Assembly (NCBI GenBank): GCA_043817075.1
Contig: JBDRHG010000022.1
Coordinates: 39,102 to 103,101, forward strand
Direction: 5' to 3'
DNA: 64,000 bases
Source: an archaeon
GTDB lineage: Archaea > Nanobdellota > Nanobdellia > Woesearchaeales > JAADFO01
In this document: positions 10,230-19,814 of the stretch, one piece after another
Numbering within the stretch: position 1 is the stretch's first letter
Layout: each line of letters starts with the position of its first letter
Made by a program: the position numbers and the translations under genes
The notes under the pieces: model-generated
The model's database searches: none
What the model was told of the DNA's origin: nothing
The model's input: only the letters and a program-made list of their open reading frames with translations

Positions 10230-11294
10230 ATGGAACCCGCAGGCCGCATCTCCGAGGAGCTTCGTATCAAGAACGTCAAGATCGACGTCAAGGACAAGAG
10301 GATCCTCGCTCTGCTCGCCGAGAACGCGCGCATACCACTCTCGCAGATCGCGAAGAAGGTTCAGCTTTCCCGAGACGCGATCGACTACCGCATCAAGCGG
10401 CTGCAGCGCGAAGGCGTCATCATCCGATTCTTCCCGGTCATCGACCTCAAGCGCTTCGGTTACTACATCTTCCACGTCTTCTTCCTCATCGACGAGATGA
10501 ACCGCGACAAGCAGGTGGAGCTCCTCGATTTCCTCAAGAACCACCCACATATCAGGAACATCATCGAGTACAGCGATCGGTGGGACCTGGAGATATCAAT
10601 CATCGCCCACGATATCGACGAATTCGACGAGATCTCACAAGGCATCACCCAGCGGTTCCCCCAGCTCATCTTAGAGAAAGAGAATATGCAAATCATCAAG
10701 GGATACCATTCCATCCATCTGCCCAAGAGCATCCAGCACGAGATCAACCATGTATCCCTGCCGCAGGAGGAGCGCTTCGCGCAGGTCCGCCTCGACGAGA
10801 TCGACCTCGCCATCCTCCGCGAATTGGCCAAGAACTGCCGCACCTCTCCCTTCGAGATCGCCAAGCTCGTCGATCTGACCGGCGACGCCATCAACTACCG
10901 CATCCGCCGCATGCTCGAATCCGGCGTGATCCGTTACTTCACCATCCTGACCAACCTCTCAGCGCTCGGATTCCATTGGTACACCTTCTCGATGCAGATG
11001 AAGACCTTCACCAGCGAATTCGACCGTAAGCTCAAGGAGTATGTCAGTCAACACCATTACATCATCCGAGCGGTCAAGACCCTCGGAGTGTGGGACCTCA
11101 TGCTCTATGTGGTGGCGGACTCGCCAAAGCATTTCCATTCCACGGTAAAAGAGCTCAAAGTCGTGTTCTCCGACGTCATCCGCAACCACCAGACCCTGTT
11201 GGGCTACATGGAACACCGGTTCGACCCGTTGCCTGCGGCCGTGGAAATCCCGAACCAGGAAAGACGACACAGAGCAGGCCCCCACGAGTTCTGA
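10230..11294 (+). CDS. Tandem (duplicated) Lrp/AsnC-family transcriptional regulator
   Basis: Two complete HTH_AsnC-like modules: KDKRILALLAENARIPLSQIAKKVQLSRDAIDYRIKRLQREGVI and LDEIDLAILRELAKNCRTSPFEIAKLVDLTGDAINYRIRRMLESGVI. Each is followed by a RAM-like segment. Confidence 0.85.
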   Translation: MEPAGRISEELRIKNVKIDVKDKRILALLAENARIPLSQIAKKVQLSRDAIDYRIKRLQREGVIIRFFPVIDLKRFGYYIFHVFFLIDEMNRDKQVELLDFLKNHPHIRNIIEYSDRWDLEISIIAHDIDEFDEISQGITQRFPQLILEKENMQIIKGYHSIHLPKSIQHEINHVSLPQEERFAQVRLDEIDLAILRELAKNCRTSPFEIAKLVDLTGDAINYRIRRMLESGVIRYFTILTNLSALGFHWYTFSMQMKTFTSEFDRKLKEYVSQHHYIIRAVKTLGVWDLMLYVVADSPKHFHSTVKELKVVFSDVIRNHQTLLGYMEHRFDPLPAAVEIPNQERRHRAGPHEF

Positions 11295-11316
11295 AACCTC
11301 CTCCTCGAGGGAAACA

Positions 11317-11324
11317 TTTAAATA
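11317..11324 (+). promoter_or_regulatory. TATA box (GAAACATTTAAATA) upstream of the 2045-aa gene
   Basis: It shares the GAAACATTTA context with position 10191. It lies about 60 nt upstream of GTG 11385, which is preceded by a GGTGGTGA Shine-Dalgarno-like sequence. Confidence 0.45.
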
Positions 11325-11384
11325 GTGACTTTCCGGGAAGCATACACTAGTCAGAGTGACCGTTCAAAAAGGTGGTGATGCCCT

Positions 11385-14300
11385 GTGAAGAGAGAATCCT
11401 CTGTCATCCTATTAGTAGTTATCATGCTCATTTCCGGCTGTCAGGCCGGCGATATCCCTCCGGAGCCCGGCGCAGTACAACAATCCCCAGTAGGCGAAGC
11501 CTTGCGTTATATCGCAGATGTCGATCCGCGCTACGGCCCGCCATTCGACATCTTCAACGGCGACAAGCAGTTCTTCTTCGCCGAGCCCGAAGTGTTGGAG
11601 TTCGACCTCGATGACCCGGCAAGCTGGCCGGACCTCGGCATAGAGGTAGAACAGGAAGGTCGGGCGATCTATCGCTTCGGCTACTATTTCTCAAAAGGCG
11701 AATGGCGTCAGTTCACCTTCCCTCAAGAGACGGTGAGGGGATCGAACTGGGTGCGGGATTCGGCCAAGACCACCATGCATGTCGACCCTGGACAGTTCGA
11801 CGAAGACGTTGCATATTTCGTGACCTATTCATGCATCAAGATCGACGGAGAGTGGAAATGCGGCTGCCGATCGCCGAATGATTGCGGTTACTGGACCCTT
11901 CAGACCGTCGATATCGAGAGGAACACCGCCGGGATGCCTGACCTCGTCGTGCAGAACGTTGGTATAGAGTCGTCAGATATCGTCGTCGGCCAGAAAATCA
12001 AGGTCATCGTCGACATCACCAACGATGGCGATGCCGAAGCGAAGGGACCTTTCGGCGTGCTCGTGCGCTCCGGACCCAACACCCATCGCATGGAATTCCC
12101 CTCTTTGTTACCCGGCCGCGTGGCGAGGTCAACGATGTATTTCTCATATGACACGCCTGGCGATTATGAGATCGTCGCCCATGCCGACGATACAGGCATC
12201 GTGCAGGAAGCAGAGGAAGGTAACAATATCCTCGGCCGCGCGATCACCGTAGGCACCGACCTGCCTGACGAACCCGCTTTCTGCGGCAACGATGTGTGCG
12301 AGGCAGGCGAAGGGTATTTCTGCATCGAGGAATGCACCGTCTGTGAAGAGCCCCGACCGCTCGGGACGGAGTATGCGCTGGTCGACAAAGATGGGCTGCT
12401 CCCCCATGGACTTGGATTCGCCGACCTCAACATCAGGAGCGTGACCTCCCAACATCTCGGATTCCTGAAGAGCAGCACCCTGAAGAACCAATTCGGCCAA
12501 TACACGCAGACGCAATACATCGAACTCGCGCCTGACACCCATTGGACATGGACAAAAGACCCTGACGATGGCTCGGATGAACCGGCTCCGTTCTTGGTGT
12601 TCAACCAGTACGAGAGCGCTTACAAGTGGCAAGCCGCTTTCACGCCGGCGATCAAATCCGGGCATTATGTGGATCGTCGCGACCTGCGTGACCTCGAGAA
12701 CAAACAGATCAGGATATTCGACAAGGATTACACCGTCATCCGCGCCAGCCATCCGGCTGAACAACACCTCTCGCTCACGTTGCTGGGAGGGGCTGTGCAG
12801 GACACACTGGAAGAATACGACGGCAAGACCTACACGGTCGATGGAAAAGAGCTTCCGGTCAAGATCGTGGCCATCCATGACGGAACAGTCAAATTCGACG
12901 CCGGCGGCGAGATCACCGATCCTCTGCTGCGAGGAGAGATATACCTTCTCGACAACGGCATCATGATCGGCGTCCGTGACGTCCTCCATGCCGAAGAGAT
13001 GGAAGAGGGCGGCAAAGACATCGCGACGTTCTACCTCGGCGCGGACAGGCTCGAACTGACCGATATGCGGACCCATGACGCCGGTGGCGGAACTAGCATC
13101 GTCAAACACAACGGAAATGAGCTCAGCCAGATGCTGGTCGACCTGATAGTCACTACAGAGATGGGCTTTGGAGAGGAGGATCATATCTATATCTCTGGGA
13201 TCACCATCGGCTATGTCCCGAGCCAGGAGCTCTATGTCCCGATTGATGAGGGACTGCTCGAGGTCGCTGAAGAGATCGAAGGCGAGGTCGGCAATGTTCT
13301 TGTAGAGGGATTCGACATCTTCTTCGACGGGATAGACTACCCTGCGGTCGAGGAGATCAAGCTCAAGCCGAGCGGTTCGAACAACTACAAGATCCAGTTC
13401 ACCAACAAAGCGGGTGTCGATTACGACACTGAGATCTTCGGATGGGACGGCGGCATGGTATTGCTCGGCAAGATGGCGGGGACTAGCTTTCGCGAGCTTG
13501 TGACAGACAAGACCGCTCCGGTAGCTGACGAGGACTTTGTGGTCATCGGTGACGGCAAAGACGACGGCTATGCCCGCATCCTGCAGTTCAAGAGTGTGCA
13601 GACCGCGGATGACATCTATCGCATCAAGGACGTCGGCACCGGCGAAGTGTACGATGTCTCATACGACAGCACCGGCACCGGGACATTGGTGGTCGACGGC
13701 TTCTCGACGACCATCACCGGTGATGGAGACGATGCGACGTGGATCTTTTTCTCCACAGCACAGCAACATGTCCCCACTAACTTCGGTGCGACCATACTAT
13801 TCTACAGCCAGGATACCATTGAAGTGCGCTCGAAGATGTTCAGAGGATACCAGGAGAATATCCGGGTCACGGTGATGTATGATCAGGCCCAAAACCAGCT
13901 CGAGATTGACATCCAATCCATCGACATCATGGGACGGCCAGTGTTCGACTACAAGGTCGGCGACGAGAGCAAGTACCGCGGCATCGTCGGGGCCTATGGC
14001 ATGGGATGGGAATACGATCAGGAGGAATTCGGCCAGGACAGCTTCATGTGGATCCAACCTAAATCGCCGCTCTCGGCGCAGGTATATGTGAAACAGAATA
14101 GGGCTCTCATACCCTGCGTATCCATCTGCCGTATGATATGCGAAGAGCAGTGTCCTGAGGACTGTAAGCAGACCAAGATAGAGTATGTAGAGAGTCTCGC
14201 GCGACCGGACATCGTTAGCCCCACCGAAGAGCAAGAGGTGCAGATCGAGGTCAGGGCGAGAGGCAATGCCGAAGGCATGGAAGGGTTGGATATCCCTATG

Positions 14301-17300
14301 GCCACGATCATCGGACCAGGAGCACCTATCCAGGTCCGATTGGAACCGGACGGACCCTACTGCACTGGCGGAGGTGGAGACTGTCCAGTCCCCGAATGCA
14401 TCTGCCCGACCTGCGAGGAAGGGACTGTCTGTGAACCATGCATGTGTCCAGTCCCCCCTCCTTGCCAGTATGAGATCGAGACCACTTGCTATAAGAGCTT
14501 CAAAGGAAGCATCACGAGGCCGTTCAGTGAAGGACGGTACATGATCATCCCGACCAACCTTCCTGACATCGACGAGGAGAAGGTGAGGGAAGGGATGCTC
14601 TATTCCGTGTCCGACGCAATGATCGACGAGCATATCATCAGAGCAGGTGTCGGATCGTTCAGTTTCGAGGACTTCGAAATGAATGCCGAGAGAGAAGGGG
14701 GCTTTCCTGTGCTCCAGTTCATGGCATCTTATGAATCGGAATCTTCTGCAGCCATCGCGCTGGCCTTGAGCTTCTCGAGCAGGGAGGAATCGGCTCTCTT
14801 CCTCAAGGAGATCCTTGAACAGGATGATGTGGAGATGGTCAGCACGTTCGGCAGATATATCTACAGGATGAGCGAGACCTATAATGACCTATGGTTCTGG
14901 AATCATGAGAATAAGCTTATCGCCGTGTTCCTAGAAGGGGAGAGCGACAAGGACGTCGACGGCATGCAGCTGCTTCGAGAATACCTCAAGATGCATGGCG
15001 GCATCGCAGATTGTTTTTCGCAATGCGAGGATGTCCTAGAGCTCTGTGAAGATGATTCCCAGTCATGCCTAGAATCCCATGAGCAATGCGTGATGGAATG
15101 CCTCCCTGCATTCCCCAGCTGTGTTGAGAAGGGCGGCATCTGCAGGGAATCCTGCGCACAAGGCGAAACTAGTCAAGGACCGATGGACTGCAACCAAGGC
15201 GCATGCTGCAAAGGTGAAGGCCTGACCTTCTCCTATCTCCATCTGCAACCGGAATTCGTGGCGCTTCGGGAAGAGTGCGAAGGACCGGTAGCATGCAATA
15301 TGCTATACGCCGACGAGGGCGTCAAGAATAACCTGCCCAGGGCAGTGAGCGACGTCAAGGTACGGATGACTGTTCCTACGCTCGGCTTCTCTGAGGAGCA
15401 GGTGATCGACAATATCCCTGCTGGATATGTCGGGTCTGTCAAAGAACAGTTCCACTTCGAAATCCCGCCCGGCACGCAGAGCGGCATCTACGATGTCCAG
15501 TTCTCCATCATCTATGAAGATGACGGATCCGCGCAGGTGATTACACAATCCTTCAAACGCGAGATTGCGCGCGAGGAGGATATGGAATGCGTCGACGAGG
15601 ACGGTAACGACTACTACGACAAGGCGCAGATCGATGTCTATTTCCCATCAGGCGAGAAGAAGGTCATGCAGGATGCCTGCTGTGCCAACTGCCATACCGC
15701 GCCGAGCGATGAGGGACCATGGGTCTCCGAATACGTCTGCGACGGCAAACTCTGGGACCGCGACATCCATCAATGTCCCAGCGGATGCAAGAACGGTGCC
15801 TGTGTCGGATCACCGGAGCAGCTTGATCTCGGAGACTTCCCTAGGTATCTGATTGATGACGATGGCGTGTTCAACGGCATCGTGGTCGTCGGTGATCACA
15901 GTAAAGCTCAGGATATCTTCACGATGACTGAGATCATGGCCATGCTACAGCAGAACGCGGTCAAGAAAGATGTCATCGACGGCATCCCACGCACCACTGT
16001 CGTGCCCATCCCTGTCTATGCATTGAAGCTGGCGAGCGAAGTCGCCGACTATGCTGCCCAGCATGTGATCAGCGTCGGCTTGCCTTGCGTCAACAGCGTC
16101 GCTGCCGGTGTCATGGGCAATCCAGTTCAATGCACTGAGGGAATCCCGGAACACGCGGGCACCATCAAGATGGTGGACACGGGTAAGGGTTATGTCGCAG
16201 TGCTCGTCATGGGTCTCGATGATCCCAAGACGAAAGCCGCCGGCGAGGCGCTCATCGGATGGAAGAATCACAAGCTCACCGGGATGGAGATGTGCGCCCA
16301 ACTGAACGGAGAACATGATCTTTCGGTCGGCAAATGCGAGGAGATGTCCTCCCTCAACGACATCTGCGAGAACTTCCATCACGACACCTGCCCAGACTAT
16401 TGCATAAAGCGCTGTGTGTCAAGCGTGTGCGAAGACGATGTGTGCACTGATGACTGCGGCGGTCCTGGAAGCTGCGTTACTCCGACCGGCTGCAAGGATT
16501 CTGATGGCGGCATGAGCCCTTACCAGGCAGGCGGAATCGTCAACGGTCCGCAGAACATCTTCCACGACACCTGCGATGAGGACTATGAGCTCTGGGAATA
16601 CAAATGCTTCGGCCCCCAGGGACATGAAGGCAGAAAGGTGTATTGCGCCCATGGATGCGATAATGGCAAGTGCAGCCCCGTCAATCTCCAGATGGTCGCG
16701 CTTGAAGAGGAGAAGCCGATCGATTATGTGCTCATGAGCATGGAGGAACATCCTGATTTCTTGTCATGGATGAGGAATCCAGGATTCCTTCCGATGGAGA
16801 TGTATGGTGAAGCTTTGATGGGACTTGATATCCAGGATGTCGAGTCAGTGTATTCAGCGGTGTATCAGAAACCAGGCGAACATAGAGATATAGGGGTCAT
16901 GACCATCAGTTTCATCTCGGCCTCGACTCTGGACCTGGCGCTTCCGGACTTCTTGGCGCTGGTCGAAGAGCAGGATGTCGACCGATTCGTTCTGTTGAAG
17001 AAGAACGAGCATCTTGTGATGGTCTGGGCAGATTCAGACTCAGAGCATGACATCATCGTCGACGTCGCTGGTGACCTGGTGACCAGGCTCGGACTGCAGT
17101 ATGTCGATTCTTCGTCTGGTGGCGGAGGCGGCGGAGGTGGCTTTGTCCCAGAGAGATGTGCGCTCGTTTCAGGAATCAACTGTGCGGATATGTCGCTGAC
17201 TCCAGAACAGCTTAGACTGAAAGTGGTGAACGGCATCGGAAATGACATCACCATCACCGGCCTGGCCTTCGTCAACGAAGACGGGGCAGTTGGTGTCGAG

Positions 17301-17522
17301 TACTGCGGCAACGAGGAAGACATCGCGATCGCGATCGCCCCAGGCGAGGACGGTATCATCGAGGTCGAATGTGACATCGTCGGAGAGAACGACGACAGGT
17401 ATGAGGGCAAACTCTTCCTGAACTACCGAGATGAGGCCACTCTGTTCGATCACGAGGTCCATGGCGAACTCAGGATATATCTCGACGCAGCAGTAGGTGG
17501 CGGTGGAGGAGGCGGCTCTTAG
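11385..17522 (+). CDS. Giant secreted lipoprotein-like surface protein (2045 aa) with CARDB-like domain and Cys-rich modules
   Basis: GTG start with an upstream GGTGGTGA. Signal peptide with a lipobox-like LISGC. A CARDB-like segment (PDLVVQNVGIESSDIVVGQKIKVIVDITNDGDAEA...EGNN) at about 11934-12250. Several Cys-rich blocks. The C-terminal module is bracketed by G8 and G7 runs. Confidence 0.85.
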   Translation: MKRESSVILLVVIMLISGCQAGDIPPEPGAVQQSPVGEALRYIADVDPRYGPPFDIFNGDKQFFFAEPEVLEFDLDDPASWPDLGIEVEQEGRAIYRFGYYFSKGEWRQFTFPQETVRGSNWVRDSAKTTMHVDPGQFDEDVAYFVTYSCIKIDGEWKCGCRSPNDCGYWTLQTVDIERNTAGMPDLVVQNVGIESSDIVVGQKIKVIVDITNDGDAEAKGPFGVLVRSGPNTHRMEFPSLLPGRVARSTMYFSYDTPGDYEIVAHADDTGIVQEAEEGNNILGRAITVGTDLPDEPAFCGNDVCEAGEGYFCIEECTVCEEPRPLGTEYALVDKDGLLPHGLGFADLNIRSVTSQHLGFLKSSTLKNQFGQYTQTQYIELAPDTHWTWTKDPDDGSDEPAPFLVFNQYESAYKWQAAFTPAIKSGHYVDRRDLRDLENKQIRIFDKDYTVIRASHPAEQHLSLTLLGGAVQDTLEEYDGKTYTVDGKELPVKIVAIHDGTVKFDAGGEITDPLLRGEIYLLDNGIMIGVRDVLHAEEMEEGGKDIATFYLGADRLELTDMRTHDAGGGTSIVKHNGNELSQMLVDLIVTTEMGFGEEDHIYISGITIGYVPSQELYVPIDEGLLEVAEEIEGEVGNVLVEGFDIFFDGIDYPAVEEIKLKPSGSNNYKIQFTNKAGVDYDTEIFGWDGGMVLLGKMAGTSFRELVTDKTAPVADEDFVVIGDGKDDGYARILQFKSVQTADDIYRIKDVGTGEVYDVSYDSTGTGTLVVDGFSTTITGDGDDATWIFFSTAQQHVPTNFGATILFYSQDTIEVRSKMFRGYQENIRVTVMYDQAQNQLEIDIQSIDIMGRPVFDYKVGDESKYRGIVGAYGMGWEYDQEEFGQDSFMWIQPKSPLSAQVYVKQNRALIPCVSICRMICEEQCPEDCKQTKIEYVESLARPDIVSPTEEQEVQIEVRARGNAEGMEGLDIPMATIIGPGAPIQVRLEPDGPYCTGGGGDCPVPECICPTCEEGTVCEPCMCPVPPPCQYEIETTCYKSFKGSITRPFSEGRYMIIPTNLPDIDEEKVREGMLYSVSDAMIDEHIIRAGVGSFSFEDFEMNAEREGGFPVLQFMASYESESSAAIALALSFSSREESALFLKEILEQDDVEMVSTFGRYIYRMSETYNDLWFWNHENKLIAVFLEGESDKDVDGMQLLREYLKMHGGIADCFSQCEDVLELCEDDSQSCLESHEQCVMECLPAFPSCVEKGGICRESCAQGETSQGPMDCNQGACCKGEGLTFSYLHLQPEFVALREECEGPVACNMLYADEGVKNNLPRAVSDVKVRMTVPTLGFSEEQVIDNIPAGYVGSVKEQFHFEIPPGTQSGIYDVQFSIIYEDDGSAQVITQSFKREIAREEDMECVDEDGNDYYDKAQIDVYFPSGEKKVMQDACCANCHTAPSDEGPWVSEYVCDGKLWDRDIHQCPSGCKNGACVGSPEQLDLGDFPRYLIDDDGVFNGIVVVGDHSKAQDIFTMTEIMAMLQQNAVKKDVIDGIPRTTVVPIPVYALKLASEVADYAAQHVISVGLPCVNSVAAGVMGNPVQCTEGIPEHAGTIKMVDTGKGYVAVLVMGLDDPKTKAAGEALIGWKNHKLTGMEMCAQLNGEHDLSVGKCEEMSSLNDICENFHHDTCPDYCIKRCVSSVCEDDVCTDDCGGPGSCVTPTGCKDSDGGMSPYQAGGIVNGPQNIFHDTCDEDYELWEYKCFGPQGHEGRKVYCAHGCDNGKCSPVNLQMVALEEEKPIDYVLMSMEEHPDFLSWMRNPGFLPMEMYGEALMGLDIQDVESVYSAVYQKPGEHRDIGVMTISFISASTLDLALPDFLALVEEQDVDRFVLLKKNEHLVMVWADSDSEHDIIVDVAGDLVTRLGLQYVDSSSGGGGGGGGFVPERCALVSGINCADMSLTPEQLRLKVVNGIGNDITITGLAFVNEDGAVGVEYCGNEEDIAIAIAPGEDGIIEVECDIVGENDDRYEGKLFLNYRDEATLFDHEVHGELRIYLDAAVGGGGGGGS

Positions 17523-17575
17523 TCCGCCCTTCAACACAGGAAAAGAGAGAGAAAAAGAATTTTTCTGAAGGGCCT

Positions 17576-18154
17576 TTACAGGTCCTTCACGATACTTTTC
17601 ATGATACCGGTGATCAGCGGGATCGTGAACATCTCCTCTTTGTACGCCTTGAGCGCGAAGATGATGGAGAAGATGAGGATCGCGACCGATATCAACGGCG
17701 AGAGCAGCCCGAGAATCGTGCCGAGGATGTCGCCGAAGAGCCCGAGCACAGCGCTGATGATGCCGATGCCGAAACTGATGACGAAGTAGATCACCCATGC
17801 GCCGATATTCCAGAACAAGGCCTGGAAGCCATGGTAACGAGCTTCTCGATCGCCCTTCTTGGCGATGATGACCAGGATGAGCGAGATGATACCTATAGGA
17901 TAGGCCAATGCAGCCAACGCCTTGGCGGTGTTGGGGTCGAGCGCTGCTTCGTCGCCACTGGAACCGCCTGATGGCGCGCTAACAGGTGGAGGCGTCGGTT
18001 GCGGGACCGGAGGAGCCCCCCCGGAGGTCTCCTGGACCGCGGCATCTATGTCCGCGGCAGAATAGCCTTGCTTGAGAAGCTGTTGCTTGAGAGAATCGAC
18101 CGGGTATTGGCCTTTGTACTGGTTGATGTAGTTGACCAGGGTTTGGTTCGCCAT
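17576..18154 (-). CDS. Membrane protein, DUF4870-like C-terminal region
   Basis: Soluble N-terminal segment, then a Pro-rich linker (PPVPQPTPPPVSAP), then TM helices with LAYPIGIISLILVIIAKKGDREARYHGFQALFWNI, which resembles DUF4870. Confidence 0.7.
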   Translation of the reverse strand: MANQTLVNYINQYKGQYPVDSLKQQLLKQGYSAADIDAAVQETSGGAPPVPQPTPPPVSAPSGGSSGDEAALDPNTAKALAALAYPIGIISLILVIIAKKGDREARYHGFQALFWNIGAWVIYFVISFGIGIISAVLGLFGDILGTILGLLSPLISVAILIFSIIFALKAYKEEMFTIPLITGIMKSIVKDL

Positions 18155-18212
18155 GGGAATACCTCTTTTTCTGATACATGACGGAAGAATCGGTCTGTAA
18201 TAAATGTTTTGC

Positions 18213-19220
18213 TCAGTTGCGGCCGAGGTCGATCATGTCAGAGACCGTGTAGAACTCGGCGACACCTTTTTTGATGAGGCCGTCGATGACATCCCGGAAC
18301 CATGCTGTCGTCTTGGTCGATCCTCGCTGGGATGAGCCATGAAAGAGGTAGATGCCGCCAGGACGGTGTCTGGAGAGGACGCGTTCGATGCTTTCCTCAG
18401 GCGGACGATACCTGATCGTCGGATCCCCTTCGATGGTCCAGTCGAAACTATCCGTCGTCCAGTAGATCATCTGGTAGCCGAGCTCTGCCGCGCGGCGCAT
18501 GAAGGCAGGGTTGCGTTCCCCATAGGCGTTACGCAAAAGCATAGCCCACTTCAGATGGAGCGGCATCTGATCGTTGAGTTTGGCGACGAGTCTTTCGGCC
18601 TCGAGGATCTCGCGATCGAAATGTGCCTCTGGAAGTTCCTGGGGATGCGGATGGGTGTCGGTATGGTTGGCCAGCTCATGACCGCCGTCCGCGATGCGCT
18701 CGAAGACTGAGAGCATTTGGCCGCTCGCCAGCGCCTGCCGCATGAAATGCCCGGTGATGAAGAAGGTATAATGGATCGAGATGCCTTCAGCCCGGTAGTC
18801 ATCCGCGATGTCAAGGTAGTGATGAAGCATGCCTGGATCACAGTAGTGGGCATCGATGGTGAGCGCTACGCCGGTGCCGTTGCCGACGACGACCTCCTTC
18901 ATCCCTCTCTGGACGGTCTGCGGATCAGTAGATGCGTTGGATGCCCTCGTGGCATAGTACTCGAGCGCTTCCGGCGTGACATATGCAGGTTGGCGGAAAA
19001 TCTTCTTCTCGAGAGATCCGACATCCAAGACAGATTCGGGTATGGCGACATCCTCCAGCACAGGCATGCTTGGAGGTCTAGGCCAATCCTTGAGTATGTG
19101 CTCGATGGCCACCGGCTCAAGAGGTAAGGTGACCTGGCTTTGCGGCGGAGCGGTATCAGAGTGGAACAGGAACGGTATGAGCGCGATCATAACCGCGTTC
19201 AGATACGCCGAAGCCAGCAA
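18213..19220 (-). CDS. Polysaccharide deacetylase (NodB homology / CE4 family), membrane-anchored
   Basis: N-terminal TM helix, LTIDAHY (Asp motif region) and GHELANHTDTHPHP (H-x-x-x-H metal motif), which are typical of CE4 enzymes. Confidence 0.8.
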   Translation of the reverse strand: MLASAYLNAVMIALIPFLFHSDTAPPQSQVTLPLEPVAIEHILKDWPRPPSMPVLEDVAIPESVLDVGSLEKKIFRQPAYVTPEALEYYATRASNASTDPQTVQRGMKEVVVGNGTGVALTIDAHYCDPGMLHHYLDIADDYRAEGISIHYTFFITGHFMRQALASGQMLSVFERIADGGHELANHTDTHPHPQELPEAHFDREILEAERLVAKLNDQMPLHLKWAMLLRNAYGERNPAFMRRAAELGYQMIYWTTDSFDWTIEGDPTIRYRPPEESIERVLSRHRPGGIYLFHGSSQRGSTKTTAWFRDVIDGLIKKGVAEFYTVSDMIDLGRN

Positions 19221-19714
19221 ACTAGGGATATCGCGGTATTGGTATCCTCGAAGAGGAAAGGGAAGAACGCCCCTGGAGGAGGTATGAGGAAACCTTCAGG
19301 ATCGAAATGGCCGTTCATCTGACCCCGATGCCCGTTGCCTTGGGTGGATGTGTACCATTTGCGGATTTCATCCCTAGACATGCCGAGATGAACATGCTCC
19401 ATATGGTCAGCCTTGAACTGCGCGCTGAAGAGGTATGGATACAGATCCTCTGGCTCCTCTGGGACGAGAGACGACGGCAGGACATAGTCAAGGCGCTCGA
19501 GGCGTCCGGTCTTCTTGTCGAAACCGAAGTATCTTGGTTGCCCGGTCGCCCATGCTGCCGCCTGGAAGGAATAAAGCCTCATGAGCTCAGGAGGATCCCA
19601 TCCTTTATCCAAGAACCGAGCATGGTCTCGCGTGAACGCCTCGCTGCCCAGATAGGTATCGAGAGCAAGGTCTAAAGCGCTTATCTTGAAGGCTGTCGCC
19701 ATGGTCGTATCCAT
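19199..19714 (-). CDS. Hypothetical protein (171 aa)
   Basis: The ORF overlaps the deacetylase start by 22 nt. A TATA-like TTATAAATAAA lies about 25 nt upstream of the ATG on the minus strand. I recognised no domain. Confidence 0.55.
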   Translation of the reverse strand: MDTTMATAFKISALDLALDTYLGSEAFTRDHARFLDKGWDPPELMRLYSFQAAAWATGQPRYFGFDKKTGRLERLDYVLPSSLVPEEPEDLYPYLFSAQFKADHMEHVHLGMSRDEIRKWYTSTQGNGHRGQMNGHFDPEGFLIPPPGAFFPFLFEDTNTAISLVCWLRRI

Positions 19715-19814
19715 TCAGAGACCGAGGTTTATTTATAAGGATTAGGGCGAAATCGCGTTTTGAGACCACTCGCCGATAGCAATCTTCTTATTCTCGGCTG
19801 CACCCCACAAGGAT

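Noticed and set aside
17520-17522. Checked whether TAG is avoided as a stop codon, which could hint at a pyrrolysine-decoding lineage or recoding.
   Set aside because: TAG terminates several confident genes (11385..17522, 32230..33411, 34172..40087), so it behaves as an ordinary stop here.
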